Positions 35,914 through 46,612 are shown, numbered from the stretch's first letter. The stretch is 64,000 bases of DNA from Dehalococcoidia bacterium (GCA_045562675.1 JBJKVL010000001.1:228804-292803); one strand, 5' to 3'. Program-made: numbers and translations. Notes: generated from the letters alone by a model not told the origin.

Positions 35914-38142
35914 GTTTCTGCATTTGTTACTGGTAAGAAAACGAAATGGCTAACCATTTTAATTTGGTTTATGTTCGTGTTTTTAGCATCGCAGGGTCCG
36001 ACTCTCATCGATGTGACAGAAAATAATGCTTCAAGTTTTTTACCAAAAGGAGCTGATTCTACTAAAGCACTTGAGGTTTCCCGTAGTTCATTCCCATCTG
36101 ATGGTATTCCATTAATGATTATTTTTTCAAATCAAGATGGTCTCACAAAAAATGATTTCAAATCTGGAGAACAAATATATAATTGGCTAAATTCTGATGA
36201 TGCTCCTAATGGGATATCTGGATTAGTTTCTATTTATAATATTCCTAATGCTCGTTCTGATTTGATTTCACCTGATGAATCAACAATGAATATGATTGTA
36301 AATGTTGTTGGTGAGCCATCGTCGGATGCGTTTACTGATTTAGTTAAATCAGTTAGAGATTTTTCACATCAATATAGAACTAATGAATTGGAAATTAATA
36401 TAGGTGGTCCTGGAGGACTAATTGTAGATCTAGTTGCAGTATTTGCTTCAATAGATGTTTTTCTTTTAGTTGCTAGCGCTATCTTAGTGTTAGTTTTACT
36501 AATTATTATCTATCGCTCGCCTGTAATACCTTTTGTACCATTATTTGCAGTTAGCTTTGTGTATTTTATTGCTGGTGCCGTCGGTGCATTGCTTGCACAG
36601 CAATTTGGGTTCAATATTAATGGACAAGCATCTGGAATTATGACAATTATCCTATTTGGTTCTGGTACAGATTATTGTTTATTTGTTTCCTCTCGGTATA
36701 AAGAAGAACTCATCAAGCATCAAGATAAACATCAAGCGATGAATATTGCAGTGAATGCAGTTGGACCAGCGGTGCTGTCTTCTGGTAGCACAATATTAGT
36801 TGCATCTGCAATCCTATTATTAGCCACCTTGGGTAGCTCTGCTGCTCTTGGCCCTGTGTTAGCTGTTGCTTTGTTCATTATGATGCTAGCAGCAGTTACT
36901 TTTGTGCCAGCTATATTATTAATATTAGGTCGAGTTGCGTTTTGGCCAGCTATTCCAAAATATGAAAGCGATCCAAAACCTCAGAGGAAGATTTATGGTG
37001 TTATTGCCTCATGGGTTCTAGATAGACCAAAAAAAGTTTTAGTAGTTTCTGGTATTATATTGGCATTATTCTCGTCAGGTATTTTTCTTTATAGCCCTAA
37101 TTATGATTCATTAGCAAGCCTACCTGCTGAAACTGAATCGGTGCAAGGTTTTAAGCAATTAAGGAGTGGTTTTCCAGCTGGTGAAATTTCTCCAACAAAT
37201 GCATATTTTGTAGTCAGTGATGGTTTAAATCAAAATAATTTTAATGCATTAAATAAAATTGCAAATGATATATTATTACATCCTAATGTTGCAGATGTTG
37301 CTTCATTAATACAACCATTTGGACAAAATGGCCCCAGAAATAATATTGAGTTATTTTCTCCAAACTCCACTAAATCAATGAATCCAAATAATATAGCTAT
37401 TAAGCAGAATGCATTAAAATTTGTCTCAGCTGACTTCAATGTTTATAGACTGGATATTGTTTTTGATGAAAATCCATTTAAAGCAATTTCTCTTGATTCA
37501 ATTATTGATATCAGATCAATATCTAATCAGAATATTGATGCATTAGGCCTAGTAGATACTTTTATTTATTTTGGTGGAGATACTGCTGAAGCGACTGATA
37601 CTAGAACAGCTATCAATAGAGATAATATTGTTATTTTGCCATTAGTGCTGTTATCAATTGGAGTTATCCTAGCTATTTTACTTAAGTCTTTAATTGCACC
37701 GATTTATCTATGTTTAACCATTTTAGTGACATATGCTGCTACACTTGGTATTTCTTTATTTTCATTTGAATATCTTTTTGGTCATTCAGGAATAAGTCCT
37801 GGCACTATGTTTTATTTGTTCGTATTTTTGAATGCCTTAGGAGTTGATTACAATATATATGTCATGTCTCGTATACGAGAAGAAGCTCGTAAGAAGGAAC
37901 TGAATTCAGCTATTAAAGATGCTCTTTCTTTTACTGGAGGAGTCATAACTTCTGCTGGCCTAATTTTGGCTGGAACATTTGCTGTATTTATGACCTTGCC
38001 GCTTATAGATTTATTTCAATTAGGTTTTGCAGTTGCAATTGGTGTTATTATGGACACATTTGTTACTAGGACTATTATTGTGCCTGCAATTGTTTCTTTA
38101 TTAGGTGATAAAAATTGGTGGCCAAGCAAGAAACTAATTTAA
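35905..38142 (+). CDS. MMPL family (RND superfamily) transporter
   Basis: 745 aa with two 6-TM bundles separated by soluble loops. MMPL-like GTDYCLFVSSRYKEE and GVDYNIYVMSRIREE repeats. Confidence 0.88.
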   Translation: MKTVSAFVTGKKTKWLTILIWFMFVFLASQGPTLIDVTENNASSFLPKGADSTKALEVSRSSFPSDGIPLMIIFSNQDGLTKNDFKSGEQIYNWLNSDDAPNGISGLVSIYNIPNARSDLISPDESTMNMIVNVVGEPSSDAFTDLVKSVRDFSHQYRTNELEINIGGPGGLIVDLVAVFASIDVFLLVASAILVLVLLIIIYRSPVIPFVPLFAVSFVYFIAGAVGALLAQQFGFNINGQASGIMTIILFGSGTDYCLFVSSRYKEELIKHQDKHQAMNIAVNAVGPAVLSSGSTILVASAILLLATLGSSAALGPVLAVALFIMMLAAVTFVPAILLILGRVAFWPAIPKYESDPKPQRKIYGVIASWVLDRPKKVLVVSGIILALFSSGIFLYSPNYDSLASLPAETESVQGFKQLRSGFPAGEISPTNAYFVVSDGLNQNNFNALNKIANDILLHPNVADVASLIQPFGQNGPRNNIELFSPNSTKSMNPNNIAIKQNALKFVSADFNVYRLDIVFDENPFKAISLDSIIDIRSISNQNIDALGLVDTFIYFGGDTAEATDTRTAINRDNIVILPLVLLSIGVILAILLKSLIAPIYLCLTILVTYAATLGISLFSFEYLFGHSGISPGTMFYLFVFLNALGVDYNIYVMSRIREEARKKELNSAIKDALSFTGGVITSAGLILAGTFAVFMTLPLIDLFQLGFAVAIGVIMDTFVTRTIIVPAIVSLLGDKNWWPSKKLI

Positions 38143-39051
38143 CTATTTTGCAAGTTCAGCTTTAAGCGCATCAGAAATGTTTGGATATGAAAATTCAAAT
38201 CCATGATTCATAAGTTTTTTTGGTAAAGCCTTTTGTCCACCTAGTAATCCATCTTTAGCAAATTCTCCAAAAATTAATTTCAATGGTAATGCTGGGACTG
38301 GGATTAAGGTAGGCCTCTTTATTACCTTTCCTAATGCTTTTGTAAACTCTTTATTTGTTACTTGAGAAGGACTAACTAAATTTACAGGACCATCAATTTG
38401 ATTTTCAATAATGAATTCAATAGCATTGACTGCGTCAGTCAAACTTATCCATGGCATCCACTGTTTACCATTACCAATTTTCCCAGCAATACCCAGCTTG
38501 AATAAAGTTAATAAAGATATAGCTGGAATAATTGGCCTGTTCAAAAAACCACCTTTATTTGAAAACACTAATCCAGTTCGCAACCTTGCTACTTTAACTC
38601 CGTATTCTTCGATTTTTCTTGCTTCATTCTCCCAATCTTGTGGGAGTGAAGCTAAAAATCCTTGACCAGGTGTAGAATTTTCATCTAATTCTTCATTGTA
38701 TCTATTACCGTAATATCCCATAGCAGAAGCATTGATGAGCTGTATTGGCTTTTTTGGATATTTTATTAATTCTTGTACCAGTAAATTAGTAAGATTTACT
38801 CTAGAAGCATAAACTTCTTTTTTTGCATTCTTAGTTAAGCGACCACCTATAGTGTGACCAGACAGATTAATTACTACATCTACATCAATAAATATGTCTT
38901 CTTTGATCCAATTATTTTTTGGATCCCACATTACATCTTCTATTTCGTGATTGCCTCGTGTAATTTCGAGTATTTCATTACCTTTTTTTGTTAATTTTTC
39001 TATTAATGCGTTGCCGATTAATCCACTTGAACCTGTGATTGCTATTTTCAT
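38143..39051 (-). CDS. TIGR01777/SDR39U1-type NAD-dependent epimerase family protein
   Basis: N-terminal Rossmann ITGSSGLIGNAL. 302 aa with a DUF1731-like C-terminus (LGGQKALPKKLMNHGFEFSYP). Confidence 0.8.
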   Translation of the reverse strand: MKIAITGSSGLIGNALIEKLTKKGNEILEITRGNHEIEDVMWDPKNNWIKEDIFIDVDVVINLSGHTIGGRLTKNAKKEVYASRVNLTNLLVQELIKYPKKPIQLINASAMGYYGNRYNEELDENSTPGQGFLASLPQDWENEARKIEEYGVKVARLRTGLVFSNKGGFLNRPIIPAISLLTLFKLGIAGKIGNGKQWMPWISLTDAVNAIEFIIENQIDGPVNLVSPSQVTNKEFTKALGKVIKRPTLIPVPALPLKLIFGEFAKDGLLGGQKALPKKLMNHGFEFSYPNISDALKAELAK

Positions 39052-39074
39052 ATAAATATTTCTCCAAAGATAAT

Positions 39075-40124
39075 TTAAATTTTGTTTTGTTTGTATTCAA
39101 GAGGTTTAACAAACAGAATTGATACGAACATTCCAATGATACATATAATAACTGCTAGGTAAAATATACTTTCTACATTTGTCATTGATGCTATAACTCC
39201 AGACATTAATGGTCCAGTAAACATACCTACAGAGTACAATGATTGATAAATACCCATAGATGTAGATTTACTCTCTGCACTCGATTGTCTTATAACTAAA
39301 GACATAAGAAGTGCTGTCATAATTCCTCTACCTATTCCACAAAAAAATTGTAACAAGATGATGAAAACAATATTATTTGTTATTGGCGTTATCAACGTAG
39401 TTAGTATCATCAATAACCATGTATTGCAAAATATCATTGGATATGAAAATTGATTATTTAGTTTTGGCAAAAGATATGCTCCATATAATGATGCTGCTAA
39501 TGAAAATGAAATTGTAAATCCAATGATCGTTTCAGAAGAGCCTAACTTTTCTAAATAAATTGGAATAAAGCCATAAATTGTTGAAAATGTTAAATAGAAT
39601 AAACATGCACCTACAATACAAATTGCTATTAAGTTTTTATTTATTGTCTTTTGTAATTTTTGTATAGGACTTTGAGCATTTTGAATACTTGGAGATATAT
39701 TTTTTGTTTCTTTTGAGAATGACATACATATAAAACTGATGATACCAAAAATAAACGCTGTAATAAAAACAAAATTTATATCATATTTTTCTGCCAAAAT
39801 ACCCCCTGCATAGGTAGCACTTAACAAGCCAATTGAATTTATCATGACAATTTCTGACATTGACTTATCTGTATTTTCTGATGTGAAATAAGAACTGTAT
39901 AAGATGCTTATAGGCACCCATCCTGCTGCAGCAAGACCTGTCAAAGTTCTAGATAAAAATAGAGAATTTGCATTATCAGAAATCATCAATAAAATACTCC
40001 CTAAACTTGATAATAATATAGCGAAAAGACTTAATTTTTTATTTCCTACTCTATCAGCAAGCAGCCCAATGGGTATGCGCAATAATAATTGCGCAATAGC
40101 ATAAGCACTCAGTATGAAGCCCAC
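39075..40124 (-). CDS. MFS transporter, N-terminally truncated as called (probable homopolymer indel at 40247-40252)
   Basis: The frame stays open upstream of the GTG to 40253 and encodes TM1 (TRISIGFFWASLYLYVPVLP) with no ATG/GTG/TTG. An ATG at 40295-40297 (MHIAEFLSDSLTVHRKK) is in the -1-shifted frame and would join if the A6/T6 run had one more base. Confidence 0.75.
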   Translation of the reverse strand: MGFILSAYAIAQLLLRIPIGLLADRVGNKKLSLFAILLSSLGSILLMISDNANSLFLSRTLTGLAAAGWVPISILYSSYFTSENTDKSMSEIVMINSIGLLSATYAGGILAEKYDINFVFITAFIFGIISFICMSFSKETKNISPSIQNAQSPIQKLQKTINKNLIAICIVGACLFYLTFSTIYGFIPIYLEKLGSSETIIGFTISFSLAASLYGAYLLPKLNNQFSYPMIFCNTWLLMILTTLITPITNNIVFIILLQFFCGIGRGIMTALLMSLVIRQSSAESKSTSMGIYQSLYSVGMFTGPLMSGVIASMTNVESIFYLAVIICIIGMFVSILFVKPLEYKQNKI

Positions 40125-40379
40125 CGTTTCTAAGCTGCCAGTGATATTTGTTACGTGAATGGGGAGTACTGGTACATATAGATATAATGAAGCCCAAAAA
40201 AATCCAATAGATATTCTTGTAAGGTGTATAGATGATGTATTAATTATTTTTTCCTATGCACTGTTAATGAATCTGACAAAAATTCTGCAATATGCATACT
40301 TGATGAATTATTATGTTGTAAGACTTGTTGTCTACAGGATGTCCCTGAAGCAATAATTATTTCATTTTTTTCTAATGCA

Positions 40380-43233
40380 TTAATTTTCTTTATAATGCCT
40401 AATTTTTGCTATATCTTTTGAGATTTGATAATGTTCTTTTTCTATACCAAATGATCCTGCCATGCCACAACAGGTTGATTCAAGCTGCTTAGCATCAATG
40501 CCAAGTTTTTCAGTTAACTCTAATGTTATTGAACCTTTACCTAATGCTTTTTGGTGACAATGTGGATGTATTGCAATAGATTTATCATCTATATCTAAAA
40601 TACTTTGTAGAGAGCCAGGCATATTCTTTTCGTGCTGTATTAAAAATTCTTCAAAAAGTAATAAATTTTTGTCATTAATTTTATATTCTTCTTTGATTAA
40701 ACCTTTATAATCATCGAACACTGCTGAAAAACATGATGGTTCAAGAAAAATAACAGGTATATCTTGACTTGTATATTGTGAAATCATTTGTATAACATCT
40801 TTTGCCATTTTTTTTGCTAGTTGTATTTTCCCTTTTGATATCGCTGGGCGCCCGCAGCACAATTCTTGATTTAAAACAATGACCTCATAGCCAAGCTCTT
40901 TCATGGTTATATAGGCAGATTTTCCAATATTTGGCTCAATATAATTTGTAAATGTATCTGCAAATAATACTACTTTCTTATTTTTATTATCGGAATGATG
41001 ATTTTTGTTGAACCATTTTTTAAAACTTTGATTTGCAATTTTAGGTAAATTTGTGTCTTTATGAATCCCTACAAAGATATGCAATAAATATTTTGAAACA
41101 ATATTACTATTTAAAAAAATTTATAAAAATTGGTAGTTTAGAGCCAATTTTTAATAACTTGTTAATATTTGCTAAGAAATTTGTCCTTAGCGAGACTCCA
41201 TTTTCCTCTTGATATTGATGAAGAATTTCTACTTTTAATTTTGCCATGTCTACTTGAGAAGGGCATTCTGTTTTACATGCCTTGCAACCAACACAAAGAT
41301 CTAAGGCATCCATTAATCTTGTATTTAAAAGCCCATTTTGTCCTTCTTGATTCGTGAGTAGTTCTCTTATTAAGTTGGCTCTGCCTCGTGTTGAGTGCTC
41401 TTCATCTAATGTAACCATGTATGATGGGCACATTACCCCATCAAATTTTCTACATGCTCCCTGGCCATTACATTGCTCAACTAAACTATGGAAACCTCCT
41501 TCATCGTCAAAATTAAGTATAGTTTTGGGTTGTTTCATTTGCCTATCTGGAGCAATTTTAAGATTATCTGTGAATCCAGGAGTATCGATAATTTTACCTG
41601 GATTCATGATTTTTTTCGGATCAAAAAGTAATTTAATTTCTCTAAATGCTTCTGTTAATTCCTTCCCAAACATTTTTTCTGTAAAAACACCTCGCAAGAT
41701 ACCATCACCATGTTCTCCTGATAACGAACCTCCGTATTGCAATACTAATGAAGCTATTTGTTGCGCTATACTATGCATTTTTTCTAGTTCATCATTATTT
41801 TTTAAATTGATCATTGGCCTTATATGCAAACAGCCTACACTTGCATGACCATAAAAACCAGCTACTGTTCCATGGTCAGCAATAATTTTCTGAAATTTAT
41901 CGAGAAATTCTGGTAAATATTTTGGATCTACTGCTGTATCTTCAACAAATGCATAAGGCTTTGCATCTCCTTGTACATTCATCAGTAATCCAAGACCGGC
42001 CTGGCGCATTTTCCAAATATTTTCTTGTTTTTCATGATCAATGATTTTGATGACTTGTTGAACATTATTTTTATTGCTTAGCTTTTCAGCAACATTTTCT
42101 AATTTTTCAGTGAGTTCATTTTCGCTATCGCCGAAGAATTCATTGATTAATATTGCATCAGGTTTATGAGTTAAAAAATCAACATAATGTTTTAATCCAG
42201 GATTATCCATGCATCCACTAATTATTTTTTTATCTACAAGTTCAATTGCAGATGGATGGAAGTCTAAAATATCATTTGTCGATTTTGCTGCCTCGATGAT
42301 TGAATCATATGTTGAAACTACTAATCCTTTAAATTTTGGTAATTCAACTAAATTCACTTTTGCTTCAACAACAATACCTAATGTTCCCTCTGACCCAATA
42401 ATTATTTTTGTTAAATCGATGTTGTGTGAATCATTAACTATCACAGATGCAATATTGTTTGTATTCCCTTTATGTTGCTGATGAATCACTGAATCTAAAT
42501 TATATCCAGACACCCTTCTATCAATTGAGGGAAAATTTGAAACAATTTCGTTTTTATACTGATTGACAATTTCAGGAAGTTTTTTATATATACTGCTTTC
42601 TAAATTATTTAAATCAGCTTTTTCAAGTAAAGCTTTTTCGTTCATCTCATAGGTGTGAATTAATTCACCGTCTGATAAAACAACTTTTAATTCTTTGACA
42701 TGATCGCTCGTTTTCCCGTAAATAATTGAATGTGTACCGCATGAATTGTTTCCTATGCCACCTCCCACGGTCGCACGATTCTTTGTAGAGGTATCAATTG
42801 CATATTGTAAGCCATGTTTTTTTAATTCTTTATTAAATTCTTCTACAACTATTCCTGGTTGAATAATTGCCCATTTTTCCACTGGATTAATTTCAATAAT
42901 CTCTCTCATATATCTGCTAAAATCGAGCATAATTCCCGTATTAATTGCTTGCCCTGCAAGGCTTGTGCCTGCACCCCTTGGTACAATTGACACATTATAC
43001 TTGTTAGCAATTTTTATAATATGTTTTACAATTTCTTCATTTTTTGGAAAAATAATACAAATTGGTTCCATGTGATAAATTGATGCATCAGTTGAATACA
43101 TCATTTTTGATTCTTGATCAAATTTAATATCATCTTTATTAATGATTTTACATAAATCATTAATTAAGTCATTATTGATGAATGAAGATGTTAGTTTTTC
43201 TGTAAGTATTTTTTCTCGCATTAAAAAACCCAT
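40380..43233 (-). pseudogene. FAD-linked oxidase / 4Fe-4S / CCG-domain fusion (GlcD-GlcF or YdiJ-like), split by a frameshift at an A7 run (41113-41119)
   Basis: The 708-aa fragment has an FAD-binding PCMH domain (VPRGAGTSLAG) plus Cys clusters (CNGQGACRKF.., CVGCKACKTECP). The 234-aa fragment has CCG motifs (LCCGRP, CCGMAGSFG). Removing one base of the homopolymer fuses ..PIFINF-LNSNIVSKYLLHIFVGIHKD.. into one ORF of about 950 aa. Confidence 0.8.
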
Positions 43234-43304
43234 TGAGTTATTATACCTTTTTATGATTTAATTATTGTACATCAAGTCATAGTTTAAATATTAAGGGCAT
43301 CATT

Positions 43305-44090
43305 ATGAGTTTGTTAAAAAATAAAAATGCAATCATTACTGGAGGCAGTAGAGGTATTGGTAAATCTATTGGTATTCATTTAGCTAAAGAAGCTTGTAAT
43401 TTAGCAATTATTGGACGTACGAAAGAAGAAGTTATTGATTCTGTTGATTTAATTAAACAATTTGGGGTTAAGGCTCATGGTTATATAGGTGACCAACGAG
43501 ATGAATCTTTTGTCAAAAATACCATATCTCAGATCAATAATGAGTATGGCACAATCGATATATTAATTAATAATGCAGCAGTTGGCATGAGGTATATTCA
43601 AGATCCTGAAGATAGATTTATACATAATATGGAAACTGATGATTGGAAAAACATTCTTGATATTAACTTAAATGGTGTTTTTTATTTTACACGTGAAACA
43701 TTAAAAATTATGCGTAAGCAAAAAGATGGTAAGATAATTATGTTATCTTCAGGATTAGGCAGGCGTGCCCATCAGCAGTATGGACCATATAGTGCTTCTA
43801 AATTTGCTATGGAAGCAATGACGCAGATAGTTTCAGCAGAAAACAATGAATTAGGCATCTATTGTAATTCTGTAGCTCCTGGCGGCCTTACAAATAGCTC
43901 TGAAAAGTTTCTAGGTTCAATGGATTCAAGTAGACTTGAAAAAATACTTCCTGCAAATATTTGCGATGATATTGTTTTATTTTTGGCTAGCGATGCATCA
44001 GGAACTTTAAGCGGGCAAGCATTAACTGCTAAAGATTGGAACGAAGAAAATCATATATCGGTGGAGGAACTTAAAAATCGACTTAGTTGA
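43305..44090 (+). CDS. SDR family oxidoreductase
   Basis: TGGSRGIGKSI, NNAAV, and catalytic YSASK. Confidence 0.88.
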   Translation: MSLLKNKNAIITGGSRGIGKSIGIHLAKEACNLAIIGRTKEEVIDSVDLIKQFGVKAHGYIGDQRDESFVKNTISQINNEYGTIDILINNAAVGMRYIQDPEDRFIHNMETDDWKNILDINLNGVFYFTRETLKIMRKQKDGKIIMLSSGLGRRAHQQYGPYSASKFAMEAMTQIVSAENNELGIYCNSVAPGGLTNSSEKFLGSMDSSRLEKILPANICDDIVLFLASDASGTLSGQALTAKDWNEENHISVEELKNRLS

Positions 44091-44317
44091 TAATCAAATA
44101 GTTTAGTCAAATTGCAGCTAATTTTAAATGCCAGTTGGATCAACTAATATTTCGACATTATTTTAATGTTTAGCATTATCTGTATTTTCGTTCATATCTA
44201 TACACAAAATCACTAATTTAAATGCAACTCAATTTATTAAAAAAGTTTTACAATAGTTATAGTAATTAGAAATTAATTTTTTTCTAGTTAAAGATGTAAT
44301 TTTTGGAGTACTAAGCA

Positions 44318-44803
44318 ATGTCAAATACTCAATCTGATGAATTTAGAAAAATCTTTGGCCATTTTCCAACAGGTATTACTGTTATAGGAATGAATAATAA
44401 TGGTCAACTTAGTGGTATTACAGCGAATTCCGTTACATCTGTATCTCTCGATCCAATGCTCCTATTAGTATGCATTGCAAAAAGTGCTGCTTCTCATAAT
44501 AAACTAAAAAGTGCAGGAAATTTTTCTATTAACTTTTTATCTAATAAACAAAAAGATATATCACAATTTTTTGCATCTACTGCTAGTAAAAAAAATCCAA
44601 TGGGAGATTTTGAATATAGATTAGGTGGTAATGAAAGCCCAATTTTTAATGATGTTATAGCATGGGTAGAATGTAGCATAATAGACTGGTTCCCTGGTGG
44701 CGATCATTCAATTGTTATAGGAGAAGTTTCTGAAATGAAAATTGAAAATGCATCCTATCGACCGCTGGTCTATTATAATGGTCAATATGGTGAACTTGCA
44801 TAA
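44318..44803 (+). CDS. flavin reductase family protein
   Basis: 161 aa. FGHFPTGITVI and ANSVTSVSLDPMLLLVCI are typical of the HpaC/flavin reductase-like domain. Confidence 0.82.
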   Translation: MSNTQSDEFRKIFGHFPTGITVIGMNNNGQLSGITANSVTSVSLDPMLLLVCIAKSAASHNKLKSAGNFSINFLSNKQKDISQFFASTASKKNPMGDFEYRLGGNESPIFNDVIAWVECSIIDWFPGGDHSIVIGEVSEMKIENASYRPLVYYNGQYGELA

Positions 44804-44861
44804 AAGTTTAATGTTTGATGTTCTTTACTCAGATACAGTAATGCAATAATCTTTATTTTAT

Positions 44862-44938
44862 GGTGGGTGTGGACGAGTGGTTAAGTCGCTAGGTTGTGGC
44901 CCTGGAGATCGAGGGTTCGAGCCCCTCCACCCACCCCA
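44862..44938 (+). tRNA. tRNA-His (anticodon GUG), with G-1 and encoded CCA
   Basis: Hand fold. G-1 plus acceptor GUGGGUG/CACCCAC, with C73 pairing G-1. Anticodon arm CUAGG-UUGUGGC-CCUGG. T arm GAGGG-UUCGAGC-CCCUC. Confidence 0.9.
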
Positions 44939-44958
44939 GACATTCAAATGAAAAAATT

Positions 44959-45345
44959 ATGCAAAGATGCGAAGCAAAAATAAATTTTTTTAAAAAAAAG
45001 TGCAATATTACAACAAAAGCAAGTTGCGTTTATTGTGGAGATTTTTTTTGTATTGAACATGGGATAATTGAAGATGATCATATGTATGTTTGTTCCAAAA
45101 AAAAATGTGTACTAAAATATGAAGATTTGCAACAGCATCATATTTGGCTAGAAAATGCTTACTCATTAAATGCACAAAAAAAGTGTGGTGGAAGTAAATG
45201 TAGCGAAAGTTATGATCATCATTGCTCAAGATGTTCAATTGGTTTTTGTATGAATCATATTCATTTTATGAGATCTAATTCGATAACTGAATTAACATTA
45301 GTGTGTAAGCATTGCGAGCAAAGAAAAGGAATTTGGAATAATTGA
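44959..45345 (+). CDS. Cys/His-rich protein with two CxxC-x4-CxxH modules (AN1/HIT-like cross-brace zinc fingers)
   Basis: 128 aa from ATG 44959; the ORF-track start 44896 overlaps tRNA-His. Modules CVYCGDFFCIEH..H...C and CSRCSIGFCMNH.H...CKHC. The TGA stop abuts the next ATG. Confidence 0.6.
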   Translation: MQRCEAKINFFKKKCNITTKASCVYCGDFFCIEHGIIEDDHMYVCSKKKCVLKYEDLQQHHIWLENAYSLNAQKKCGGSKCSESYDHHCSRCSIGFCMNHIHFMRSNSITELTLVCKHCEQRKGIWNN

Positions 45346-46536
45346 ATGTTAAAAGTTTTTGATCCAGTCAATAATATTATACGGCCAATCAGTATTAAGG
45401 ATAATGATATCAGTATGTATGTTTGTGGTGTTACTCCTTATGATGTTGGTCATCTTGGCCACGCATTGACGTATGTTTTTTTTGACACTGTTAAAAGATA
45501 TTTAGAATTTAGTGGTTTTCAAGTAACTCACATACAGAATATCACAGATATTGATGATGGTATGATTTTAAAATCTAAAGAAGTGAATATGACTATTGCT
45601 GGGCTAACTGAAAAAAATCATAAAATATTCTTAGATGAAATGCAAAATTTAAATGTATTACAACCAGACTCTTTTCCTCTTTCGTCTGAATTCATTCCAC
45701 AAATAGTAGAAAATATCAGTCAGTTAATTAATAAAGGTTTTGCTTATGAAAATGCGGGACATGTTTTTTTTGACCATTCTAAATTGTTAAATTTTGGTCA
45801 TTTACTTAGAAAGAATGTTGATGAAATACGCAATTTGGAGAAAACAGATACTATGCCTGATGAACCAGATGAACTTAAGAAAGATAAACTTGATTTTTTA
45901 CTTTGGCAACCAGAAATATTTAAAGAAGCAAGTTTTGATTCTCCATGGTCACTAGGTAGGCCAGGGTGGCATATAGAATGCTCAACAATGGTCAATGAAA
46001 TTCTTGGTGAACAAGTAACAATACATGGTGGTGGCTATGATTTGATTTTTCCCCATCATGAATGCGAGGTTGCACAGTCTGAATCCTTAACTGATTCAAA
46101 ACCGTATTGCCAGAATTGGATGCATGTTAATGCATTAAGTATAAATGGTGAAAAAATGTCTAAGTCATTAGGAAATTTAATTAGAGTTAGTGATTTGTTA
46201 CAAAAGGATATCGATGGCAATACGATTAGAATGTATCTATTAAGTCATCATTATAGAGCTGGCGTAGATTATAACGAAAATGCCTTATATGCTTTTTTAT
46301 CAAAACATGAATTGTTACAGCAAGCTTTAATTGCTCCAGGTGGACCACCCGACAATTTAGCTATTCAACCATTTAGGAATTCATTTATGAATGCAATGGA
46401 TAATGATTTTAACACACCGCAAGCATTGGATATTATTTATGAGATCGCAAGTTTAATTCTTGATGGCAAATTAGACACTAAAACAGCTGTACCCACTTTA
46501 AAAGAATTATGTAATGTACTAGGGATCGTATTATAG
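45346..46536 (+). CDS. MshC-like cysteine ligase / truncated class-I cysteinyl-tRNA-synthetase paralog
   Basis: MYVCGVTPYDVGHLGHA (HIGH), HIQNITDIDD, GRPGWHIECS, KMSKSLGN. Only ~125 aa follow KMSKS (396 aa in total). That is the length of MshC rather than a full CysRS with an anticodon-binding domain. Confidence 0.65.
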   Translation: MLKVFDPVNNIIRPISIKDNDISMYVCGVTPYDVGHLGHALTYVFFDTVKRYLEFSGFQVTHIQNITDIDDGMILKSKEVNMTIAGLTEKNHKIFLDEMQNLNVLQPDSFPLSSEFIPQIVENISQLINKGFAYENAGHVFFDHSKLLNFGHLLRKNVDEIRNLEKTDTMPDEPDELKKDKLDFLLWQPEIFKEASFDSPWSLGRPGWHIECSTMVNEILGEQVTIHGGGYDLIFPHHECEVAQSESLTDSKPYCQNWMHVNALSINGEKMSKSLGNLIRVSDLLQKDIDGNTIRMYLLSHHYRAGVDYNENALYAFLSKHELLQQALIAPGGPPDNLAIQPFRNSFMNAMDNDFNTPQALDIIYEIASLILDGKLDTKTAVPTLKELCNVLGIVL

Positions 46537-46612
46537 TTATGTAATACACTAATTCATTATCAGATATGTATTCCAAATGATTTATAGTTATTGCAGAATA
46601 GAAATTGAATAA

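Noticed and set aside
41107-41109. Split FAD/Fe-S oxidase could be a Sec-interrupted gene or two genuine subunits.
   Set aside because: The stop is TAG and the fragments are in different frames. The junction sequence reads through cleanly after removing one base of an A7 run. The second fragment has only a TTG start and no RBS.
44896-44958. An N-terminal extension of the Cys-rich ORF.
   Set aside because: It overlaps the 3' half of tRNA-His on the same strand. The first plausible start after the tRNA is ATG 44959.
45343-45345. The UGA between the Cys-rich ORF and the MshC-like ORF could be a selenocysteine codon, since selC is present and both ORFs share a frame. That would produce a fusion selenoprotein.
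   Set aside because: The TGA-ATG juxtaposition is a common coupling arrangement. I see no convincing SECIS-like hairpin within about 10-40 nt downstream, only a 4-bp UUGA/UCAA pairing. The ATG begins exactly where CysRS/MshC homology is expected. I kept it only as a note under the finding.
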